A stretch of 42,955 nucleotides of DNA from NCBI GenBank assembly GCA_001778635.1, contig MFHO01000004.1:11415-54369 (forward strand), written 5' to 3'. Positions within the stretch are counted from its first letter, which is position 1, and the number at the start of each line of letters is the position of its first letter. Shown here in pieces: positions 24,053-30,901 of this stretch. The notes under the pieces are model-generated. The model had not been told where the DNA came from. It was given only the letters and a program-made list of their open reading frames with translations, and ran no database searches. Made by a program: the position numbers and the translations under genes. The stretch comes from Candidatus Giovannonibacteria bacterium RIFCSPHIGHO2_02_FULL_45_13 (lineage in GTDB: Bacteria > Patescibacteriota > Minisyncoccia > UBA11713 > 2-01-FULL-45-33).

Positions 24053-24613
24053 TCATAATCCAACCGGCATTTTTGTTTTTAAAATTTTTGCGTTGTGCTG
24101 CGCAATTTCAATAATTCTTTCTTTATAGGCCCGCGGATTCTCCGCAGGGTCTGGTATGTCGCCGACCAGCAAATCAGCCTTGGAGCTTTCTGGATCTTCC
24201 AAGGTCTTTGGGTGTTTGGAATAATCGAGTTTCGCAATTCTAAAACTATCAGAATTTCTTTCTTTCAACAAAGTTATTAAATCTGCGTGGCAAACAAAGT
24301 CTGCGATTGAATCTATCGTCGTCAGCACTTCCAAGCGTTCCAGCTCCTCTTTGCTTTTCAAATCTAAAAATGCAGCGGTTTCAAAAAGCAAATCTTTCAT
24401 CACCAGCTTTTTGGGATTTTTTGGATCGGACGGCTGGCGTTTTCGGATAAGCCGGATTGCGCAAATCTCTCGCGCTTGGGGATCGGTAATTGCCAGGCAA
24501 TCTCTTGCCTCTTTTTGGTAATGCGGATCGCCGGTTCTGACTTTGCCGAATAAAAAGAATTCAGCAATACGTCCGGAGCTGTCTTCCAAGCCCCGCGGAA
24601 ATTCCTTTAGCAT
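24053..24613 (-). CDS. hypothetical protein (186 aa)
   Basis: ORF track entry, 5 nt downstream of the 24619 gene. No family recognised. Confidence 0.55.
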   Translation of the reverse strand: MLKEFPRGLEDSSGRIAEFFLFGKVRTGDPHYQKEARDCLAITDPQAREICAIRLIRKRQPSDPKNPKKLVMKDLLFETAAFLDLKSKEELERLEVLTTIDSIADFVCHADLITLLKERNSDSFRIAKLDYSKHPKTLEDPESSKADLLVGDIPDPAENPRAYKERIIEIAQHNAKILKTKMPVGL

Positions 24614-24618
24614 TGGTT

Positions 24619-24867
24619 CTACTCTACTTTATAAATTACAGCACCCTCTTTGGCTTTCTGCGATAATTTCACCGCAACCTCGTCGCCCTTTTTGGCGGAG
24701 GAGACCTCTTTGTGGTCTACCTGCATTGAGGAAATGGTTTCCTCAAATTCCTCCTCGCCTTTTTTGACTTTCACACGATCTCCCGCTTTTAGCGTCGCGC
24801 TCAAGTCCAGCACAGCAACCCCGATTTTATCGTACCAATGTGTAATTTTTCCGACCTCTTTTTCCAT
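24619..24867 (-). CDS. small EF-Tu domain-2-like beta-barrel protein
   Basis: GKITHWYDKIGVAVLDLSATLKAGDRVKV...VSSAKKGDEVAVKL resembles the translation-factor domain II barrel. Confidence 0.5.
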   Translation of the reverse strand: MEKEVGKITHWYDKIGVAVLDLSATLKAGDRVKVKKGEEEFEETISSMQVDHKEVSSAKKGDEVAVKLSQKAKEGAVIYKVE

Positions 24868-24915
24868 AAATAAACTCTAGCATAAAACGCAATTTTTTGC
24901 TAATATGACTTAAAT

Positions 24916-24990
24916 GCCGCGGTAGCTCAGTGGCAGAGCGCTACCCTGAAGAGGTAGGCGTCGGGTGTTCGATTCACCCCCGCGGCACCA
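24916..24990 (+). tRNA. tRNA-Phe (GAA), CCA encoded
   Basis: GCCGCGG-UA-GCUC-AGUGGCA-GAGC-G-CUACC-CUGAAGA-GGUAG-GCGUC-GGGUG-UUCGAUU-CACCC-CCGCGGC-A-CCA. Confidence 0.95.
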
Positions 24991-25013
24991 GAAACGCAAA
25001 ATCCACACTTTGA

Positions 25014-25085
25014 CGCCCTCGAGAGGAATCGAACCTCTATCACAAGCTCCGCAAGCTTGCATCCTGTCCGTTGAACGACGAGGGC
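25014..25085 (-). tRNA. tRNA-Arg (GCG)
   Basis: Reverse complement GCCCUCG...CAAGC-UUGCGGA-GCUUG-UGAU-AGAGG-UUCGAUU-CCUCU-CGAGGGC-G. Anticodon GCG. The D-stem has two G-U pairs. Confidence 0.88.
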
Positions 25086-25097
25086 AATTTGCTTTTT

Positions 25098-25583
25098 TTA
25101 AAATCTAGCAAGGTGCGACAAATTGTCAATCAAGGATTCTTCCTGCTCAATTTCCGGAAGGAATTTTATGACGATTTCGCGGACTTTGTCGGGCTCTGTT
25201 TGCCCAAGCGGTATTTTAATGAACGGCACAAGCGCCTTTTTGGATTCCAATGACAAATCTTTATGAAGCGGCGGGTTGTAAAAAATCCAAAACGATTTAA
25301 GAGACTGCCATGAATAAAGAGTGCGTTCCACCAAAACGCCGCGCTCGGTTAGCGAAAATTTTAGCGTGCGCGGTGGGCGTACGGCGTAGAGCACGACCGT
25401 AAACCATCCGACCAAAACCAAAACGCCAAAAAGGAAAGATTTTTGATAGATAGCGAATCCTAATAAAATTATTGCGGCGAGCCCGGTCCACCAATACCAA
25501 TCTGTTCCTTTTTCATGATGAAAATACTCATGCGCCTCCCAGCTTAAAAATACTTTTCCAGCTTGGTCTTCCTTCGGATCCAT
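25098..25583 (-). CDS. hypothetical 2-TM membrane protein (161 aa)
   Basis: WYWWTGLAAIILLGFAIYQKSFLFGVLVLVGWFTVVLYAV followed by a soluble C-terminal domain. Confidence 0.55.
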   Translation of the reverse strand: MDPKEDQAGKVFLSWEAHEYFHHEKGTDWYWWTGLAAIILLGFAIYQKSFLFGVLVLVGWFTVVLYAVRPPRTLKFSLTERGVLVERTLYSWQSLKSFWIFYNPPLHKDLSLESKKALVPFIKIPLGQTEPDKVREIVIKFLPEIEQEESLIDNLSHLARF

Positions 25584-25612
25584 GGATATATTGTAGCAGA
25601 ATTCATCTTGTT

Positions 25613-25861
25613 GTGCTAAGTATTATATTATGGAGGTGTGATGGAGACTTGTATAAAGGATTGACTTCTGATTTAAAAAGAAGAATTGAGGAGCATAATA
25701 TCGGCAAAGCAGAATCAACTAAAAATTATAGACCAGTTGTATTGATTGGCTACGAAGCATACTTGCGCAAATAAGATGCACAAAGAAGAGAAAAATTTTT
25801 GAAAACAACTGAAGGTAGACGTTTGTTAAAACAGCAATATCGAGACATTTTGAATCAATAA
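25613..25861 (+). pseudogene. GIY-YIG nuclease-family gene interrupted by an in-frame TAA
   Basis: (GTG)LSIILWRCDGDLYKGLTSDLKRRIEEHNIGKAESTKNYRPVVLIGYEAYLRK, then TAA at 25772-25774, then DAQRREKFLKTTEGRRLLKQQ. Both halves together match the UPF0213/GIY-YIG layout. Confidence 0.7.
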
Positions 25862-25884
25862 TATTGAAATTTTGTTGGAAGGGC

Positions 25885-25972
25885 GGAGGTGTGGCTGAGC
25901 GGTCTAAAGCAGCGCACTGCTAATGCGTTGACCCTCAAAAGGGGTCCGGAGGTTCGAATCCTCCCACCTCCG
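25885..25972 (+). tRNA. tRNA-Ser (GCU), class II
   Basis: GGAGGUG...GCGCA-CUGCUAA-UGCGU, long variable arm GACCCUCAAAAGGGGUC, T-arm GGAGG-UUCGAAU-CCUCC, then CACCUCC-G. Confidence 0.93.
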
Positions 25973-26104
25973 CCCTTCCTGTAAAATCCGTGGTTCGCCA
26001 GGTCATCCGACCTGGCGCCCAGTCGAATGATTGGGCGAATCCTCTCGCCTCTGCCAGTTAAATTGCTATGGAAAATTTTCAGAAAAAGCATTATACTGCT
26101 TGGT

Positions 26105-26377
26105 ATGGACGAAGATATAAAGGGACTTTTGAAGAAAAATTTGGAAGCAAGCGAAAAGGCGCTTGGCATTTTAAGAAAAATGCATCGGGCGATGGTCTGG
26201 GGCAGAGTTTTTATCTGGGCAAAGTGGGTTCTGGTTGCCGCGTTGCTGATTGTAGGATATGTTCAAATACAACCCTATTTAAACGACATTTCGTTGGCTT
26301 ATCAGGATTTATTGCCGGTGTTGGAAAATCTGCAAAAATTAAATAAATCCTTGCCGACTTTGCCGACATTAAGATAA
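26105..26377 (+). CDS. small membrane protein (90 aa from ATG 26105)
   Basis: MDEDIKGLLKKNLEA...VWGRVFIWAKWVLVAALLIVGYV. The upstream part of the ORF-track frame overlaps the tRNA flank. Confidence 0.45.
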   Translation: MDEDIKGLLKKNLEASEKALGILRKMHRAMVWGRVFIWAKWVLVAALLIVGYVQIQPYLNDISLAYQDLLPVLENLQKLNKSLPTLPTLR

Positions 26378-26417
26378 TCATAAAGTTGAACGCGCTGGTC
26401 TTGTCCTGCGGCATAGT

Positions 26418-26504
26418 GGAGGGTTGGCCGAGCGGTTTAAGGCGCTGGTCTTGAAAACCAGTTGGGGCGAAAGCTCCTCGCAGGTTCAAATCCTGCACCC
26501 TCCG
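26418..26504 (+). tRNA. tRNA-Ser (UGA), class II
   Basis: GGAGGGU-UG-GCCGAGCGGUUUAAGGC-G-CUGGU-CUUGAAA-ACCAG, a long variable arm, GCAGG-UUCAAAU-CCUGC, then ACCCUCC-G. Confidence 0.93.
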
Positions 26505-26508
26505 AAAT

Positions 26509-27291
26509 TTATCCATGCGCTACTACAAGGCCGATTATTTTTTTGGCGCCTGCCTGCCGGCAAGGCAGGCCGACTTTGGCGAGCGTTTCAGAGGCGTGGA
26601 TCAGAGTCGCGCCGGTGGTGGCGACGTCGTCAATCAAAATGAGAGCGTGAGAAGTGAGAAGTGAGAGATTGGATTGAGAAATTTTTGGATTTATGCAGAA
26701 CGCGCCCTCCAGATTTTTTATTCTTAATTCTTTATTATCAACCGCGACTTGCGCCTTAGTCTCGCGCGTTTTTATAAGCACATTTGTCAGACATTGGATG
26801 TTTGACAATTTACAGAACTCGCGCGCCAAAAGCTCGGCTTGATTAAAACCACGTTCGTATTCTTTTTTGAAGTGAAGAGGAATTGGAATGATAGCGTGAT
26901 TATCTTTCAGCGTAGCATTTTCAACGTTCATAATATTAATCTCCAAAAATTTGTTCCACAGCATCTCTGCCAGCGGCGCCGCGAGCTCTTTTCGTTTTTT
27001 GTATTTGAACTGCCAGATTGCTTCTTTGAGCGCGCCATCGTACCTGCCGACCCACAAAACATGTTTTACGGCTGTTTTGTCAAACATCGAATGTTTGACA
27101 TTTTTGCATGATTGGCAGACGGCGCCTGTTTGGTTTCTAAACCCACAAAATAGGCATTGCGCGCCGCGTTTGTATGATGCCAGCTGGCAGTTTCCGCAAA
27201 AAATCTCATTTTTAGCTCCGCACCCGGCGCACGATCTGGGTAAAATCAGATTTAAAAACGTGTGGATAAGCTTTTTCCAGGCCAAATTCAT
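26509..27291 (-). CDS. comFC: ComF-family protein (ComFC-like phosphoribosyltransferase domain)
   Basis: N-terminal Cys-rich zinc fingers (CAGCGAK...CGNC, CLFCGF...CQSC) and PRTase motif LILIDDVATTGATL. Confidence 0.85.
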   Translation of the reverse strand: MNLAWKKLIHTFLNLILPRSCAGCGAKNEIFCGNCQLASYKRGAQCLFCGFRNQTGAVCQSCKNVKHSMFDKTAVKHVLWVGRYDGALKEAIWQFKYKKRKELAAPLAEMLWNKFLEINIMNVENATLKDNHAIIPIPLHFKKEYERGFNQAELLAREFCKLSNIQCLTNVLIKTRETKAQVAVDNKELRIKNLEGAFCINPKISQSNLSLLTSHALILIDDVATTGATLIHASETLAKVGLPCRQAGAKKIIGLVVAHG

Positions 27292-27328
27292 TGTGGTATT
27301 ATTAAATCAGATGCTAGAATTATGAGCA

Positions 27329-28447
27329 ATGATGCTGTCATCGTTATTGGAGAGATTCAGGTTTATGCGCGATATCAAGCTCTTTTCATTGGAGAGTAGG
27401 TTTTTGGGTGTTGATATCGGCTCCGCCTCCATTAAGGTGGCGCAGCTGAAAAAAGAGCGCGAACGGGCGCTTCTCGAAACTTACGGCGAACTTTCTTTGG
27501 CTCGTTACGGAGACGGGGTTGTGGGAAGATCCGCAAGGCTTTTGGACGCTAAACTAACCGAAGCGTTAAAAGACGTTGTGCGCGAATCCCAGGTTAAAGC
27601 CGAAAAAGCTATTGTTTCCATACCGCTTAAAGATAGTTTTCTTACAACAATGGAGCTTCCGGAATTGGGCGAAGAGGATTTGAAAGAAGCAGTGCCGTAC
27701 GAGGCGAGGAAATATATCCCTATCCCGCTTAGCGAAGTGGTTTTAGATTGGCGTGTTTTGCCTCCTAAAAACGAAGAGCGGCAAGCGGTTTCTATCGGAA
27801 CGGTAAAAAGAAAATTTCAAACCGTGCTTTTAGCCGCCGTGCCCAAAGAATCTATCTCGAAGTATAATACTATTTTTAATAATGCCGGTTTGGAAGTCGC
27901 CGCTTTTGAAATAGAAGTGTTTTCTTTCGCCAGAGCGGCGTTGCGGCGCGATCTTGGAACATCTTTGCTTGTTGATATAGGCGCGTCTTCAATTAAGCTG
28001 ATAATAGTTGATGGCGGCGCGGTGAGGGCGTCGCACAGTTTTGACAGGGGTTCTCAAGAACTTACCTTGGCGCTTTCGCAGTCGCTAGGCGTTGATTGGG
28101 ATCGCGCGGAAATTTTGAAGCGTGAAAGCGGAATTGTGCGCAGGCCGGAAACGGAAGGAACAGCTTCGGTGCTCGAACCTTTGGTCGAGCTGTGGGTTTC
28201 GGAAGGGGAAAGATTTTTGTTGGATTGGCGGCGAAGAGGAGGCGGCTCTATTTCCAAAGTTTTAATTGGCGGCGGAGGAGCGCTTCTTAACGGGATAGTT
28301 GATTTATTCGTGAAAAAATTCGGGGTGGAAGCGTTTACGGTGAATCCTTTTTCAAAAGTTGTTTACCCGGCTTTTTTGGAGCCGAAGCTGAAAGAAATCG
28401 GCGCAACGTTTACAAACGCAATCGGCTTAGCATTAAGAGAATTTTAA
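27329..28447 (+). CDS. pilM: Type IV pilus assembly ATPase-fold protein PilM
   Basis: FLGVDIGSASIKVAQL (actin-like phosphate-1 motif) and LLVDIGASSIKLIIV. First gene of the pilMNO set. Confidence 0.88.
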   Translation: MMLSSLLERFRFMRDIKLFSLESRFLGVDIGSASIKVAQLKKERERALLETYGELSLARYGDGVVGRSARLLDAKLTEALKDVVRESQVKAEKAIVSIPLKDSFLTTMELPELGEEDLKEAVPYEARKYIPIPLSEVVLDWRVLPPKNEERQAVSIGTVKRKFQTVLLAAVPKESISKYNTIFNNAGLEVAAFEIEVFSFARAALRRDLGTSLLVDIGASSIKLIIVDGGAVRASHSFDRGSQELTLALSQSLGVDWDRAEILKRESGIVRRPETEGTASVLEPLVELWVSEGERFLLDWRRRGGGSISKVLIGGGGALLNGIVDLFVKKFGVEAFTVNPFSKVVYPAFLEPKLKEIGATFTNAIGLALREF

Positions 28448-28450
28448 AAA

Positions 28451-28975
28451 ATGGCGGAACTATCTTTAATACCAAAAAAAAATCCTGCCGTTAGGTATGT
28501 AGGCGAAAGTTTCGGCGTCCTTTTTAGGATCGGTGTAATTGTTTTATTGGGAGCAGCGGTGTTTACCGCTGGTTTGTATCTTTACCGTAATTTTGTAAAA
28601 AACAATTTAGCCAGACAAAAATCAGTTCTGGAAAAATTAGAGATAGAGTTTGATCCTACTTCGATAGCAGCGTGGGAGCGCCTTGCTAATTCCGCGGCTG
28701 CGGGCCGCGCCATTTTGAAAAATCACGCGAAATTGTCATCGGTGTTTAGTATGCTGGAAGAGAATACTTTGGCAAATGTGAGTTTCGGGACATTTGCTTA
28801 CTCTTCGGAAAAAAACACCATGACTTTAGGCGGGGAAGCGGCGGGCTATGCGGACGTGTCTTTACAAGCGAATATTTTTGAGGGGTTGAAGGACGTTTCC
28901 AGCGCGACTTTCGGGAATTTGTTTTTGCGCGAGTCCGGGGCGGTCGGTTTTACTTTAAACATAATTTTTAAATAA
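28451..28975 (+). CDS. pilN: PilN-like bitopic pilus assembly protein
   Basis: N-terminal TM helix FRIGVIVLLGAAVFTAGLYLY. Called from its position after pilM and its TAATG overlap with the next gene. Confidence 0.55.
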   Translation: MAELSLIPKKNPAVRYVGESFGVLFRIGVIVLLGAAVFTAGLYLYRNFVKNNLARQKSVLEKLEIEFDPTSIAAWERLANSAAAGRAILKNHAKLSSVFSMLEENTLANVSFGTFAYSSEKNTMTLGGEAAGYADVSLQANIFEGLKDVSSATFGNLFLRESGAVGFTLNIIFK

Positions 28976-29535
28976 TGAGGACCGTTCTCACAATAATCAT
29001 ACTTTCTGCGGCCGCGGCTCTCATTATTTGGGTGGCAAGGCCGATTTGGGATGAAGTTCTTGTTTTGAAGGCGGAGCAGGCGGCCACCGCCGATGTTTTG
29101 GGGAGGCTTAACGAGATTCAAAGTTTAAGAGATGAAATTATGGCCACTTACAATTCTATTCCCGGAAGCAAATTAGACAGATTAAACAATTTTTTGCCGC
29201 AAAAACCGGATAGCGGAAGCGTATTGGTAATGTTAGAGAACTTAACGCGCGATCGCGGAATGCGTTTGCGCAGAGTCGAATTTGCCAAAACGGAACCGCA
29301 ACCGCAGACAACGCCGGGGCAGACCGCGGCAAAAATCGTCCGGCCGGAAGAAACAAAATTTAGCGCTATTTCTTATGCTTTTACAGTTTCCGCGTCTTAC
29401 GAAGCGTTCCGTTCGTTCGTTGCGGCTTTGGAGAAAAGTTTAAGGGTTGTTGATGTTACCGACATTTCTTTCAGCGGAGGCCAGTCTAATTTATTCGAAT
29501 TTACTTTAAAAGCTAGGTCATATTATCAAAAATGA
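28975..29535 (+). CDS. pilO: PilO-like bitopic pilus assembly protein
   Basis: N-terminal TM helix plus coiled coil (WDEVLVLKAEQAATADVLGRLNEIQSL). Translationally coupled on both sides. Confidence 0.5.
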   Translation: MRTVLTIIILSAAAALIIWVARPIWDEVLVLKAEQAATADVLGRLNEIQSLRDEIMATYNSIPGSKLDRLNNFLPQKPDSGSVLVMLENLTRDRGMRLRRVEFAKTEPQPQTTPGQTAAKIVRPEETKFSAISYAFTVSASYEAFRSFVAALEKSLRVVDVTDISFSGGQSNLFEFTLKARSYYQK

Positions 29536-29804
29536 ATCCCGTTAGACAATATTTTCTACCGGTTTTAACGGCCATCGCGCTTTTGGCGGCGGTAATTTGG
29601 TGGTGGAAAGCAGGAAAAACGGACGCGGTGCCGATTTCCGCGCCGGCGGTGGGCGGACCCGCTTTGCAATTGGTTGAGCGTTTGAAAAATATAAAAATTG
29701 ACACCGCTTTTTTGGACGACCCGCAATTTCTCAATTTGGAAGCAACACCGAAACCCTCACTGGAAGGCCTCCAAAAAGGTCGCTCAAACCCTTTTCGTAA
29801 ATAA
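29532..29804 (+). CDS. small membrane-anchored protein of the pilMNO operon
   Basis: ATGA overlap with pilO. TM helix YFLPVLTAIALLAAVIWWW. Confidence 0.45.
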   Translation: MNPVRQYFLPVLTAIALLAAVIWWWKAGKTDAVPISAPAVGGPALQLVERLKNIKIDTAFLDDPQFLNLEATPKPSLEGLQKGRSNPFRK

Positions 29805-29818
29805 TTGTTTTACCTCTT

Positions 29819-29843
29819 CACTTAGACGTCCGACGTCTAAGTG
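29819..29843. repeat. REP-like palindrome, copy 1
   Basis: CACTTAGACGTC-C-GACGTCTAAGTG, with perfect 12-nt arms. Confidence 0.85.
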
Positions 29844-29860
29844 TGCTAGCATTAGCTATT

Positions 29861-30505
29861 ATGAGAAAGACCGTATTTGCAAACGGCGAATTTTATCACG
29901 TTTATAATCGTGGCACAGATAAGCGTATTGTGTTTGCTAATAATTATGACTTCCAACGTTTTCTGCAAAGCATGGAAGAGTTTAATTCTGTAGATCCAAT
30001 AGGCAGTATTTATCAAAATTCTTTTTGCGAACCCCAACTTAGACGTCCGACGTCTAAGTTGGTGAATATTGTGTGTTATTGTCTTAATCCGAATCATTAT
30101 CATATGATTCTTCAGCAACGCGTTAGCGGCGGGATAAGCGAGTTTATGAAAAGATTGGGCGGTGGATATACAAAACATTTTAATTTTAAACATAAAAGAA
30201 GCGGCGTACTTTTTCAGGGTAAATTTAAAGCCAATCACATTGATTCCAATGAGTATTTGCTGCACGCAAGCGCATACGTCAATTTAAATGGGTTGGCGCA
30301 CAAATTGAAAAACAATCAATTTTATTCTAGTTGGGAAGAGTTTGTAAACAAAAATTCTAAAGGTGCTTGTAAAAAAGATATAATTCTTGATCAGTTTAAA
30401 GATGTAAATGAATATAGAATGTTTGTGCAAGGCGCTCTCAAAAAGATTTTGGCTAGAAAGGAGTTATTGAAAGAAATGGAGGATTTGTTTGCTTTAGAAA
30501 ATTAA
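29861..30505 (+). CDS. REP-associated tyrosine transposase (RAYT / IS200-like Y1 HUH transposase)
   Basis: FYHVYNRG..., HUH motif NPNHYHMIL, and catalytic-Tyr region HASAYVNLNGLAHK. ATG at 29861 (the ORF track starts at GTG 29843). Confidence 0.8.
   Translation: MRKTVFANGEFYHVYNRGTDKRIVFANNYDFQRFLQSMEEFNSVDPIGSIYQNSFCEPQLRRPTSKLVNIVCYCLNPNHYHMILQQRVSGGISEFMKRLGGGYTKHFNFKHKRSGVLFQGKFKANHIDSNEYLLHASAYVNLNGLAHKLKNNQFYSSWEEFVNKNSKGACKKDIILDQFKDVNEYRMFVQGALKKILARKELLKEMEDLFALEN
30034..30062. repeat. REP-like palindrome, copy 2 (inside the RAYT coding sequence)
   Basis: CCAACTTAGACGTC-C-GACGTCTAAGTTGG with 14-nt arms. Translated in frame as PQLRRPTSKLV. Confidence 0.85.
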
Positions 30506-30508
30506 AAT

Positions 30509-30539
30509 CCCCACTTAGATGTCGGACGTCTAAGTGGGG
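30509..30539. repeat. REP-like palindrome, copy 3
   Basis: CCCCACTTAGATGTC-G-GACGTCTAAGTGGGG with 15-nt arms and one G-U. It starts 4 nt after the RAYT stop. Confidence 0.85.
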
Positions 30540-30578
30540 AAAATAAAAAACTGATGGGCGAAATCATACGGCTGGATT

Positions 30579-30812
30579 TTATTTGTTGATGCGCTTTGTT
30601 AGACGAGGATTGAGTTTTATCAGGCGCTCTCTCAGTTTTTTGTTATCACTACCGTTAACCGAAGCAGTAAGTGGTTCGTTTTTGAAAAGGGCTGGAACCC
30701 AAAGCGATAAACTTTGATCATCTAAATCTTTAACTTTTACTAGCGCGTTGCCTATGAATATTTTTGTTTCTGGATTTATTCCACGAACATTGCCTAGGCC
30801 TGTTATAAACAT
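30579..30812 (-). CDS. hypothetical protein (77 aa)
   Basis: ORF track entry on the strand antisense to the pilus operon, next to the RAYT unit. No family recognised. Confidence 0.4.
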   Translation of the reverse strand: MFITGLGNVRGINPETKIFIGNALVKVKDLDDQSLSLWVPALFKNEPLTASVNGSDNKKLRERLIKLNPRLTKRINK

Positions 30813-30901
30813 AACAACACCTCCTCTGTTTTTAGTTTAGCAAAATTGGAAGATTTTGTCAATGGGGCATTAATTTGGCATTGCTGTGTTAAAATAATCA
30901 T

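Larger units (their letters stand above)
29819..30539 (+). mobile_element. REP/RAYT unit (IS200-like Y1 transposase flanked by REP-like palindromes)
   Basis: The palindrome CTTAGACGTC-N-GACGTCTAAG occurs at 29819-29843, 30034-30062 and 30509-30539. The last copy has an inverted centre base. The copies bracket the HUH/Y1 transposase gene. Confidence 0.75.

Noticed and set aside
10745-25774. Stop-codon reassignment as the explanation for the in-frame stops (TAA in hicB/hicA, TAA in the GIY-YIG gene, TGA at 23044).
   Set aside because: TAA, TAG and TGA all terminate well-supported genes at the expected lengths. Examples are ftsZ with TAA, polX with TAG, and rdgB and UDG with TGA (rdgB's is followed by an in-frame TAG). 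Pseudogenisation or local read-through is more parsimonious.
25855-26516. ORFs 25855-26169(-) and 26211-26516(-).
   Set aside because: They run through tRNA-Ser(GCU) and tRNA-Ser(UGA) respectively and are spurious.
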